This document shows, one piece after another, positions 25,060 through 35,780 of a stretch of DNA of 64,000 bases. The position numbers were made by a program, and so were the translations under genes. Below the pieces are notes generated by a model, which was not told where the DNA came from, did no database searches, and worked only from the letters and a program-made list of their open reading frames with translations. Source of the DNA: Eutreptiella sp. 'Long Island Sound 2002' (lineage: Eukaryota > Protista > Euglenida); assembly GCA_964036045.1 (NCBI GenBank), contig OZ038378.1, positions 142,910,001-142,974,000 of the forward strand, in the 5' to 3' direction. Within the stretch, counting starts at the first letter, position 1; every line of letters begins with the position of its first letter.

Positions 25060-27000
25060 ACCAGCTACCGCAGGGCGTGCAAGCGCGCCCACCGGCGCGA
25101 CTTTGATGTGACCCCATCTATGCCCCGTGTGGGGGTGTCCAATTCCCTTGCAATGGCCACCAGATCCTTCAATGTAACCACCAACCTCTCGCTTTCTCTA
25201 TCTCTTTTTTCCCTCAACTGCTCAACTACCCGGCACCCCCCTAATCCTCTCCCTTGTTGGCCTGGACACTCTCTCCCTATATTTACCTTCGCAAGCTTTT
25301 GCAGCTATCGCCTGCAACAAACTCTCTTGTGATGACAATGATGAGTTGGCTGAGCGCCCTAAAGTTGTGCCCCTTGGACAGGCGCATGATCTTTAGGACC
25401 GTAGCATCCAGTGTAAGACCCTCCAATTGCGTGCTAGAGTCCGCCAGTACGCCTTAGCATCTTGTTGGCGCCGCCACTCCGCCTCATCTTGCCGTTGCCA
25501 TCCCCCCTTTGTGCCTGACTCCTGCTCCCTCGTTTTACGATGCCCTCTAGGTCCCCCTTGGCCCCAAGAAGCTATTATGCGCCTCACACACGTTCTACAA
25601 GAGGAAGATAACCGGACATCATTCATGGTACTCACACACCTCACTGTTGACTGCCTCCAAGGCAGGGATATCGTCTAGATTGTACTTTGTGCATTTGTGG
25701 TCCACCTCATGGAACCCGGGCGCGACAGAGAAGGCACCGAGCATGCGCACATTGCATGCCACTAGGCCGCGCACAAGTCAAATTCATGCATTGTATGTAT
25801 CCATTTCACGGCACGGTGTCTCCGAAGGCGCAAGTGGTCAGAGGATTGTAAGTATATTTGTCCATGAACCAGGTCGCGTCCTCCAACAATAGACGCGTTG
25901 TGCTGGCGAACGGATTGGTCGCAGTGACAAGCGGTGTCGTGGCCGGCATAATCAATGACAACACCCGCGTGGCGCACAGCGTGAAGACAATTAAGGTCAT
26001 GATGTGTAGACTCTGGTTGCCTCAACTGCAACAACTTAGTAATGTAGTTGCAAGGTCAAGTAGATGCCTAAGAGCTCAGATGTGCTACCCGTGTGCACGA
26101 TGAAGGTCTTGGTGCATCCCTCGTTACTCATTGTGCTTGTGGTTTTCAGCTTGGTTGGTTGTTGTTGCTACCTAATAGGAGTACCGGGGGCAATCACCTC
26201 ATGTTCTTCGTCATCATTCTCGTCCACAATTCGGATACCCTCATCACGGGCATCGGCGCGCGGGTATGGTCTCCAACAAACGCGCGCCATACCGCCTCCA
26301 AGCAGCGAACGAAGTCGTACACGTGTCGGAGAATATGCTGTGGGATGAACTTGGTGGCCCCCGCAGGGCATCCTTGACCGCGGCGGTCGTCATTGTTTCG
26401 GGATTGAGACCGGAGACTTCGAGGACCAACAACCACCTCTTCCACGACCGGTTGATGTAGAGGTTTCTGCTCACAGCGATAGGCAAAACCGCCAGTCTTG
26501 CCAGGCCATCAGAGCAATGCAAACGGATGTTCAAGCCTGTCGTGGGATATAATCCCCGCTCATCATGTTGATGCTGGCACCTTGTCGTCCTTAGCTTTCT
26601 TGAACAACATGTGCATGACATCTTGCGGCCCCGCTGTTGTGCACCAGCAGGAAAAAGCAATCATAAGGAATGGTAGGGTAATATCCTAGAAGTAACCTCA
26701 CACCTATGGTGCCACGGAGGCCGTCCATTGTTACGAACGCGCTTGTTCGACCTGTCAAAGAGCGACATCCGTGTAAGGCACGACATCCTCCACCATCTGC
26801 TCTTGATGGTACCGCATGGCCCACCGCAAAAACAAACCTCTCTTCAAAATCTTTGAATGTATCCCCAACACAACACCTTGTGTGTCGAATCTAGTGTGTA
26901 GTAGTGTTAAGCGGACTTCCGTGCTATCGATGTCGCGCTTCCGCAAGACAGACCCAAATCTCGCATGTTGCGTGCTGCGTGCTCACCACTCACAAACCGG
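25060..27000 (-). pseudogene. KDZ (Kyakuja-Dileera-Zisupton) transposase remnant with downstream SAP-like motif
   Basis: Ordered motifs VTMDG, CTKTF..TG..LLGIY, GHDTACH (~25930), FHEVDHKC (~25700), NSEVCE (~25640), then VTLKDLVAIARELD (~25150). Confidence 0.7.
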
Positions 27001-27514
27001 TGCATAAGAACGACACTGCAGAATTCTATTGGTGACAATCATGCAAGGCCGTTCCTTGGTCGATCGATAGGCTTTCCCACGAACGGCGAAGCCATCATAG
27101 ATATAATGTATATCGCACGAGGTACATATGTTCTTCACCAATTGAATATCCTCAGGCGACCTTTGTGAGTAGCACAACAAAGCGACGAACAAAGGGAGGT
27201 GGAACACAATATTAAACATACTGGCACTCACCATTCTACTACCGAGGATAGCATTGCACGTGGATTTGCGGAGTGAATACCTCTGCCTTCCCCAAGCTCT
27301 CCAGAGTGGTAGCATGGGTTGCTTCAATATAATCATTGCATGTGTGGAGGTGTCACAAAATGGCAAAAAGTCCAGCTGTGGCTCATAAGTCATCTCCAAA
27401 ACCCCGACGGACCATGCAAAAGTGTGGGAGTCCGTGTCCCGAACTCGGGGGGGCCACGGCAAAGCGTCGGAGTTCGTATGCGCAAATTGAGGGGCCATGC
27501 AAAAAGGGTAGTGG

Positions 27515-27590
27515 CTCGGCCTAGGGCTGGGGGCAGGCGCTGGGGCAGTGGTAGGGCCTAAGGCTGGGGTCGGGGTCGAGTTGACGCAGC
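27515..27590 (+). repeat. Short (GGGCTR)n tract
   Basis: ctagggctgggggc...ggctggggtcggggtc. Confidence 0.55.
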
Positions 27591-28238
27591 TGGCACAAGC
27601 GTGTTGCCTGCAGGTAAGAGACCCAATTACCGCGTTTTTGCGTGCGTAAATGAGCCTATTTGCGTGCCGACCCTACTTTCTAGCGCAGCGCAAAATCCCT
27701 CGAAAAACAGTCGACGCGCAAAACGTGCAATTTGCGAACGCAAAAGGGTGTTTTTGCGTCCCAGGAGCAAAGTGTGTAATTGGCACCGCAAAAGGCTCCT
27801 TTCACATACGCAAGGATGGGGTAAAGTGAGTAACCATGGCATCGTGTGACTTACAGGTATGCATGCCACACTCGCGCATGTAACGCCCCTAGTTCAAATC
27901 CAACTCCCGGCAAACATGCAAACATGTGTGTAGGGCATTGAATAATCCTGCAAACAAGCTGAACAGGTGAAAGATAACTTGAAAATTCAACTTGACGAAC
28001 CACAACCATACAAAGAGGCACTTACGATAGGCAGTCAACAAAAAACCCACCGATAACCCTCACTTTTTAAATGAATGACACATTGACAACAGGTGAATGA
28101 CAACAACACAATTCCACCCATGCCCTCAGCCAACAAGACAAACAGTCGCCAATCACCATCTCTCACCGACACCATGACCATCTGATCACCATCTCTAACC
28201 ACTGACTCAATGTCCATCCACCAACCCCTCCATCCACT

Positions 28239-29105
28239 TCACCGGACCCCCGATCCGCGGGCCCCCGATCCCTGTGACCGCGGCGACCCGCTCACGGGAG
28301 TCAAGGGCTCGGTTGCCCCTTTCTTCTTCGGCGGTTGGAGGATGTCTCCGACCTCGTCCTTCTGCAGCAGCCGGTCCAGGTCAGCTGCAGAGGACGGAGG
28401 GGGCGCAGACTCCTTGTCGGCTCGCTTGAGGCTGTCCTCCAGCAGAGCCGTGGCCGTTGCTGCGTACTGTAGTCCCGTGCGCAACTCAACTGCACATTGC
28501 GCCAACCAGGCCTTGTCCTCTAGAACACCCGGGTCTCGAGCTCCTGTAGCAACTTCCTCTCGCGGGTTCGCCAACTTAATTCCGCCTTGTTGGCTGCGAC
28601 GCGCTTCGATAGCATCTGGCTATCGCGCTACTTCAGCAGCTCATGGGCCCGTTGCCCCTCGCAACGCGCAGCAACCAGCTGTGCGTCGCGGTCCCTCACC
28701 TGGTCCTCCAGCAACTGCACTTCCCCCTTCAGCAACTCGTTCTCCGACTGCAGCCGCAGCAGCTCCGCCGTTCTCCCAGCCGGCGTGACACTCTGCGCAC
28801 GCACCTCCTTTCCTGTCGCCTTGGGTGGGCGGCCACGCTGGGTCCTCTTCCCAAGTAGTATGGAGGGTTTTTTCCCAAAAGAGGATACCGACGCCACCCC
28901 CTCAACCTGCCTCAGCTTCTGTGCTTCAGCCTTCGCCTTCCGCGACATGTCGCTCCGCGCGTCCTTCTCCCACCTCAGCCAAAAAAGCTTCCACCCTTGC
29001 AGTGAGCACCGACGTCTACGCCACACCACCAACCTCACGAGTCCGTGGCAGGACACCTCCAATCTCACGGAGTGGCACCCCGCGGGCTTTTTGGAGCTGG
29101 CCTAG
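28239..29105 (-). pseudogene. Coiled-coil protein with AT-hook-like motif, disrupted
   Basis: KRTQRGRPPK followed by heptads ELLRLQSENELLKGEVQLLEDQVRDRDAQL. Stop at ~28628; continues in another frame to 28239. Confidence 0.4.
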
Positions 29106-29174
29106 CTCGTCCTTGGTGCAGATGAGACCAAGCCGCAGCTGCAGCTGCCCCCTCCGCTGCAATCCCTACCTCTT

Positions 29175-29330
29175 CCCCATCTCCAACCCCAGCCCCGGCC
29201 CTAGCTCCAGGCCCGCCGCAGCCCCAGCCCTAGCTGCCAGGGACTGGGTCTGGGGCCACGGCAGGGGCTAGGGCTCGGGCTCGGGCTCAGGCTGGGGTTT
29301 GGGCTAGCGCTGGGGCCGGGTTTGGGGCTG
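29175..29330. repeat. Inverted pair of hexamer tracts: (CCCYAG)n then (GGGCTR)n
   Basis: C-rich variants at ~29175-29240 are directly followed by their G-rich complements at ~29245-29330. Confidence 0.65.
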
Positions 29331-29340
29331 TTTTCTTTTG

Positions 29341-29440
29341 TTAAGGGTTCGACTTACCATTGGCAAGTTGGTTCGAAGGTGTTAAGGGTTCGAGTTACCA
29401 TTGGAAAATTGGTTCGAAGGTGTTAAGGGTTCGAGTTACA
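29341..29440. repeat. 41-bp tandem repeat, ~2.4 copies
   Basis: TTAAGGGTTCGA(C/G)TTACCATTGG..A.TTGGTTCGAAGGTG starts at 29341, 29382 and 29423. Confidence 0.9.
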
Positions 29441-29595
29441 TTGTGTGCCAGGTGCGGCTCTAATTCTGAAGTAGAATGATGCGTTCATCGATAATAGAAT
29501 ATCCGTCGGCAATACTAACGATATCTATCATCTAAATTCATGAAACAACAACACATACAATTCGCGTATCATAAAATGGTATTGAACTGGCTACA

Positions 29596-31335
29596 TTATG
29601 GAGAATTGCCAGCTTGAGGAGCAGGAGCAGGAGCTGGAGCTTGAGGAGCAGGAGCAGGAGCTTGAGCTTGAGGAGCAGGAGCAACAGCTTGAGCTTGAGG
29701 AGCAGGAGCAGGAGCTTGAGCTTGAGGAGCAGGAGCAACAGCTTGAGCTTGAGGAGCAGGAGCAGGAGCTTGAGCTTGAGGAGCAGGAGCAGGAGCTTGA
29801 GCTTGAGGAGCAGGAGCAGGAGCTTGAGCTTGAGGAGCAGGAGCAACAGCTTGAGCTTGAGGAGCAGGAGCAGGAGCTCGAGCTTGAGGAGCAGGAGCAG
29901 GAGCTTGAGCTTGAGGAGCAGGAGCAGGAGCTTGAGCTTGAGGAGCAGGAGCAACAGCTTGAGCTTGAGGAGCAGGAGCAACAGCTTGAGCAGCCTGAGC
30001 AGCTTGAGCAATAGCTTGAGCAGCCTGAAGATCAGCTTGAGCTTGAGTAGCTTGAGCTTGAGCAGCCTGAAGATCAGCTTGAGCTTGAGCAACAGCTTGA
30101 GCATCGGCTTGAGCAACAGCTCGAGCAGCATGAAGATCAGCTTGAGCTTGGTTGAGATGTAACTTAAGTTGATCATACTGAGTATTTATGGCTATGACCT
30201 GATCTTTGGCGTTGACAAATTCTGCTTCGAAGGCATTTTTATCAACCTTGAGATTGTCGTTCTCCTGGATAACAGTGTTTATACTCGATTCGAGATCTTT
30301 ATAAGCCTTTTCAAAGAAAGCCTTTTCCAAATTGAAATTGTCATTGTTCTGACGAAAGGTTTTTTCAAAGTGGTCAAGCTTCTGAATAAGGGCTTGAGTC
30401 TGCTGAGTAAGGGCTTGATTGCAAGCTTCCAGTTGCTGAATGTACACGTTTGTATTTGTTACCATAGATGAGTATGGAGAAATAGGCAACATGTCAGTAA
30501 CGGTAGCTTGGGGGGCAAGAGTTTTGATGATTTTGGCGTGCGCGGTATTAAGAGAGTCGTGGAGACAAGCACCATCATTAATTAATACCGTTTCATCCAC
30601 CACCTGGGAGGACATGCTTGTTGATCGGAGATGAAATCTGTGAGGTACGGAATAAGTATTTCTCATGGTCCCATCGCTTTCGATCGTATAAGCAAACTCT
30701 GCGGTCACATTTGTGACAATGTGTACAGGGGTGTGAACACCTTGGGGAGGGTGTACAGGGGTGTGAACACCTTGGGGAGGGTGTGCAGGGGTGTGAACAC
30801 CTGTGAGAGGGTGTACAGGGGTGTGAACACCTGTGAGAGGGTGTACAGGGGTGTGAACACATGTGAGAGGGTGTACAGGGGTGTGAACACCTGTGAGAGG
30901 GTGTACAGGGGTGTGAACACCTGTGAGAGGGTGTACAGGGGATTGAACACCTGTGAGAGGGTGTACAGGGGATTGAACACCTGTGAGAGGGTGTACAGGG
31001 GTGTGAACACCTGTGGGAGGGTGTACAGGGGTGTGAACAACTGTGGGAGGGTCATACTCATTCTTGAAAGCGCCATTACAATAGTAATCGGTGAGCTTTC
31101 CAATAGTGGTATAATCGCTCTTGAACTTATTGTTCAGTATTTTAAGGGTTTCCATGTTGCGTCTCATTAGAGCGTTGGTCGTTTCAGGATCATCGACTGG
31201 CCAGTCAAACAAAGAGACAACGGATACCAAAACATTTGTACCATTCACGGCTCTAGAAAGAGTACGTAGCTCCGTGGGGTTGTAGGGGGTAGTCTTATTT
31301 CTCAGCTTCAAATCGAAGTTAACGGCAGTAGACAT
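29596..31335 (-). CDS. Intact 579-aa orphan protein: unique N-terminus, ~11x VHTPVHPLTG, coiled coil, 14x (V/P)APAPQAQA
   Basis: Uninterrupted ATG-to-TAA ORF with non-repetitive coding segments, AT-richer than its neighbours and with no sign of introns. Confidence 0.8.
   Translation of the reverse strand: MSTAVNFDLKLRNKTTPYNPTELRTLSRAVNGTNVLVSVVSLFDWPVDDPETTNALMRRNMETLKILNNKFKSDYTTIGKLTDYYCNGAFKNEYDPPTVVHTPVHPPTGVHTPVHPLTGVQSPVHPLTGVQSPVHPLTGVHTPVHPLTGVHTPVHPLTCVHTPVHPLTGVHTPVHPLTGVHTPAHPPQGVHTPVHPPQGVHTPVHIVTNVTAEFAYTIESDGTMRNTYSVPHRFHLRSTSMSSQVVDETVLINDGACLHDSLNTAHAKIIKTLAPQATVTDMLPISPYSSMVTNTNVYIQQLEACNQALTQQTQALIQKLDHFEKTFRQNNDNFNLEKAFFEKAYKDLESSINTVIQENDNLKVDKNAFEAEFVNAKDQVIAINTQYDQLKLHLNQAQADLHAARAVAQADAQAVAQAQADLQAAQAQATQAQADLQAAQAIAQAAQAAQAVAPAPQAQAVAPAPQAQAPAPAPQAQAPAPAPQARAPAPAPQAQAVAPAPQAQAPAPAPQAQAPAPAPQAQAPAPAPQAQAVAPAPQAQAPAPAPQAQAVAPAPQAQAPAPAPQAPAPAPAPQAGNSP
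29610..30150. repeat. 27-bp coding minisatellite grading into a degenerate GAGCTT/GAGCAG repeat
   Basis: Unit GAGCTTGAGCTTGAGGAGCAGGAGCAG/CAA, 14 copies, then AQ-rich degenerate copies. Confidence 0.95.
30720..31050. repeat. 30-bp coding minisatellite, ~11 copies
   Basis: Unit GAGGGTGTACAGGGGTGTGAACACCTGTGA, contiguous with no spacers. Confidence 0.95.
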
Positions 31336-32049
31336 GCTTCTGGTTGTTTACGAGAATGAAAGCGAATAATAAGAATAGATGGGGAATGCGGTGGCGTAAA
31401 GGCTTAGACCAGCGCTTCGGCCAGATTCGTATTGGTCCCCTGCCGCGTATAATCATCTTTGCAGGTGGTTGCCCTCCTACCAAATCCTTGCCCTTACTAC
31501 TATCGTATCTACTCTTTTGGTCGCCAAAGAGAACAAAACAAGCTGCCGCTCTCCTCAACCTTACCGTGACTCCCTGGTGTCTTATGTAGTTCGAATTTGC
31601 ACTGACATCTACAGTACTCTATCCCACACAAATTTTGTTATCTTCCGAAATGGAAAGTAATAAGAAGAAAACCACAATAGGCAATCAGGGATCGCACGCA
31701 CAGCATAGCAGTGTTATACACATTTGCACTGCTCTAGGAATACAACACAAAAACAGTGTCACGGGTCGCTTGGAAATTGTGCCGATCTCAATGATGGCTG
31801 CTGTCGCCAAATACTTGCAAATTGACGCCAGGCCCAATAGCGCAAAGTCTATACACTGGCGCATGTATACGCCTATGCATGCATATATATACCTTGGTAT
31901 GGGCTGTGATGCTCAGCAGGGGTTGTGGTGCACTGCGCTCTCTTGATCTTACTGCCCGTTTGAGTTGTCTGGAGCTGAAAAAAATTGACATAAAAACACC
32001 GAGCTGACAGGCACACTGGTGCGTCGTAGCGCACTGCAGTGGCCTTGAT

Positions 32050-33110
32050 CATGCGCATTCGCCTGATTCAGGCCTCTTATTGGGCACTGACTTACTTAGC
32101 GCCATATGTATGGCTGGTGCCACTAGGGTGCGGCGCTTGTGCCGTTTGGCTTGCTCTTGCCTCGTTTGCTAGCGGATTTCCAATTTTTCCGACGCATAAA
32201 CCCACTATTCTGTGGCCGTCATATGTTGCTTGAACTGGACAATTCGCTTTGACCTGCACAATGCACACAATGGCGACAGGCTTATCCGCCTTCACCCCCT
32301 ACACGCGTTCTAAATCTCTAATGGCCCGGCCTATTGTAACCCCCAGTACATACATACACCACCGATGGAATGAACAATGATTTCGACACCACCTCCAGCC
32401 CCACTCGCTGTGGTCTAGGAACCAGTACACCCGTTTCCCTTCGGTGCCTCCACGCACTGCCTGACTAACCACTACGCTGACCGGACCCGCTGCTTGTCCC
32501 ATCCATATGTCCGGTACTCTGTGATTCCACTCGGCTGCATGAATTCCGTCCCCCGTTGGCAACAGCATCGCTAGAGTGCTCTCTGCCCTGGGTGTGATGG
32601 CCAAACTCAATACCCACCATACTGGGAAGTCCACCGGTTCTGCTCCCCTTCGCTTCTTGGGGTTTATTCCTGTTACTACTCCGAAGTTAGTCCGTGCTCT
32701 TCATCCACATAGGATGCTCGGTCACATGGATCGTCCAGCACTTGCTACCTCGCCAGAGTGCACCATGACGCGTGCTGCCTCTAGCACTTGGAGCACGACT
32801 CCCTGTGCTCGTTTGGTACCTGCCCGCGCCAGCGGTACTGTGTTGCCCTTGATAGGGCCCGATCCGAGCCACCTTGGGCCAACCACTCTAGTCTCTGAGT
32901 CACCGTCAAGCTCGCTCTGGACGGGTGGGACCACACTTTGTCTATTCTTGGCTTGCCAGTAATTCGAGCGCCTCCCCATGTCGGCTGTATTCTAGTTGTT
33001 GAGATTCCCTCGGCTTGCAGGATGCGGCATACCTCTTGTACGCACTGGTATACCCTGAGCTTGGTCACTATGCACTCGTGGAAAAGGTGGTGGCGCACAC
33101 TGTTGCACCA
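32050..33110 (-). pseudogene. Heavily decayed Ty3/gypsy-type integrase remnant
   Basis: Ordered traces VYQCVQEVCRIL (zinc finger), CQRGTEF (DRGTEF-like), EAPKGNG (HPQ.NG-like) and QTRQEQAKRH. Confidence 0.5.
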
Positions 33111-33719
33111 CATTTCGCACCGGGGGCAGTGTTGCGGCGCCCCTTCCCATTACCACGCTGGGGAACTGGCATATAGGCGCCACGTCCTCACTTCTCCCCA
33201 GTCCCTCAAGCCTAGCGGCTGTAATTTCTTCCATGCCCCCATTGCCTCTGCTGTTACTTGGAAGACGCTAATCCAGGCCCTCTTTCCTGGTGCCGCTCTG
33301 GCCGACGGGCCAGTGCACGTGAGTGCCGACTGACCGTTACCCATCAGGATCTTTCGTAAGTCCCCTATGACTTCCCCCTTGTAGAATGGTAATACCAAGG
33401 TACCATCTATCCATACCGCTGGTAGCCGCATGGGGTGTGCTTTGCCTTTCGCTCCTTCCTTGGCTTCCTCGTCCATGTCCTAGTTCTCTGTGGAAATCCA
33501 ATCCTGCTGGTGCGAGTCATGTTGAGCCTGCACCCACCCCTAGTTGGCACAGACTTTTTCCCCTTTACATGCTACTATGACTCTATCCGCTATCAGCCCT
33601 TGCTTCTGACGTACATGTGCCGTCTTGATCCCTTGTATCGCCCCAAAGTAGTCTGACCACGACCACAGTGCGTGGACATCCACTACCAGGCTTGATGCAG
33701 CTTCCTGCACTGCGTCATG

Positions 33720-34085
33720 GGTCTGGGGCTGGGGCAGGGGCAGGGGCACGGGCTGGGGCTGGGGCTGGGACAAGGGCTTCGGCTCAGGCTAGGGCTTGGG
33801 CTAGGGCTGCGGCTGGGGCTCGGGCCACGGCAGGGGTTGGGGCAGGGGCCGGGACTGGGGCTACGGCAAAGGCTCGGGCTCAAGCTGGAGCTTGGGCTGG
33901 GGCTGGGGCTAGGGTAGGGGCTTGGGCTTGGGCTGGGCCTGGGGCCGGGTCTAGGGCTCAGGCGTGGGCTCAGGCCGGGGCTGGGCTAGGGGCGGGGGGG
34001 GGGGGGGGCAGTGGCCGGGGCTGGGGCCGGGGCTGGGGCTGGGGCCGTGGCCGGGGCCGGGGATGGGGTTGGGGCTGGGGTGGGG
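33720..34085 (+). repeat. Long (GGGGCT/GGGCTA)n tract at the 3' side of LINE-A
   Basis: ~360 bp of hexamer variants containing a G17 run. Confidence 0.9.
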
Positions 34086-35780
34086 GCGGTGGCAGCGACG
34101 GCGGCAGTGAAATGGTAGGAGGAATGAGGAGCGATGGCAGTAGGCGTTGGAACTCGACTTCTGTTAGCAGCATGGCGCAAGTGGACCGGTAGGCAGACCC
34201 TAGGCAGATGGGAGGGGTAATATGAGCACTTGCATTAGGGGGGGGCTGTGGGCTGGCAGAAAGCTGAGGTGGCACCAGGGGCGGGGAGGAAGAGATCGCG
34301 GGTGAGGCTTAAGGCGGCTTAGAGCCAGGCCGTAGCCTCCCCGTGTGATTTCAGGGGGGCCTGTGCTGTCGGCGGTGGTATCCGCCCCTCCCTGCGGGCC
34401 TTGCCGCAGGGCGCACACCTTATCGGCGGCTGCGCGCCAAGCCGCAGCCCCCTCCTGTGATTTCAGGAGGGCCGGGGCGGGGAGGTCGAGGACTCGGGTC
34501 GGACCGGGGCGGCAGGGGCCAGAACTCGTTGGTCTTCGGGGGTGTGGAGGCCCGATAGGCCCCAAAGCACGGAGAGGCGGCAGGGTCGGGCTCGAGCATG
34601 ATGGTCACCTTGCCCCGAGGAACTTGCATGGGCTGTGGGGATGGCCTCGGGTGAACCTCAGAGAGCCACCGGGGTCGCTTGTTGTAGCCCGGGGCGGCGT
34701 GGGGGTCATGGTGGTCGGAACATTTGACGCTCCTAGTGGCCTCCACCGTGAATTGCTTGCAAGGTCGGCTACCCCGTTCGGGACTAGCAGACCGAGACAG
34801 CTTCCGCTTCTGGTTGGTGGCAGACCGGGGCCGTTGCCTCTTTTGATTTTTTAGTTGATATTCTAGGTCTCGGACTTGATTTCGTAAGTGTTGGTTTTCC
34901 CTCTTGGTGGATTTGCGGGATGGTCTCGGGTGATGCGGTGGCGGGTAGCCTACTGGATGAGCAGCACAATATGGGGGCGGGAGGAGAGGAAACGGGGGCT
35001 ATGGGTACCCCATGGTCGGCATGGGGTAGTGGCCTAGGGGGGGGGCGTGGGGCGGCACCCATGGTGCTGGTAGCGGTAATCCGGTGCGGTCGGCGCATGG
35101 TGAGGGGCTGCGGCTCCGGGTGTCAGAGAAGGCATCTTGTGACGGAGTAGTTGTGTGTGACACGTCGGAGCGCGAGGGGGACGTTGATTGCCCAAGCGAC
35201 GAGGAGTCTGAGCTGCGTGGCATTATGGGTTGGGGCTGGTACAAAAGGGGACTCAGGATGGGGGAGGGGGTGCGGGGTCAGGATGGTCTGGGGGGAGGGG
35301 AACAGGGGGGCGAAAAAAATGTCGGATGTCAGGCGCGGGTTATGGGTTGGGTTGTGGGGGGGGAAGAGGGCGGAAATGGGTTGGTCTCGGAAAAAAGGCG
35401 GGGAGTCGGGCCTGTTTGTAGCGTTTTTCAGGGGGGACGCTGAGTTGTTGAGTCTGTGGACGAGGTGGGGGGGGGGGGGCGAAAGAAATGGTAGAGTGCG
35501 TCGCGCGGCGGGCGTTCTGGGGGGGGGTTTGGGCGTGGGCTTCTGTGGGAGTTTACCGGCTTGTTTGGGACTGGGCGTGGGTTTGCGGCCTGGTTTGTTG
35601 AAAGTTTTGAGTGGGGGGTGCACTGGCTTGGGCTTTGGTTTTGTTTTTGGTTTTGGTTTTGGTTTCGGCTTGGGTTGCACCGCCGACGGCAGCGGATCGC
35701 GTGGACGGTAAACAGGGGATGGGGAGGGGGCGGAAGGGGAAGAAGAGGTGCTGAAGGGGCCGTTTTTTATTCGCCAGGGG

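Noticed and set aside
29538-30176. Poly-Leu/Lys, poly-Glu and poly-Arg/Ser ORFs (29538-30176, 29598-30014, 29614-30162)
   Set aside because: These are shadow frames of the 27-bp minisatellite. Only 29596-31335 extends into unique coding sequence.
30720-31050. 30-bp repeats as a CRISPR array
   Set aside because: Units are contiguous with no unique spacers, lie in frame within an ORF, and no cas genes are present.
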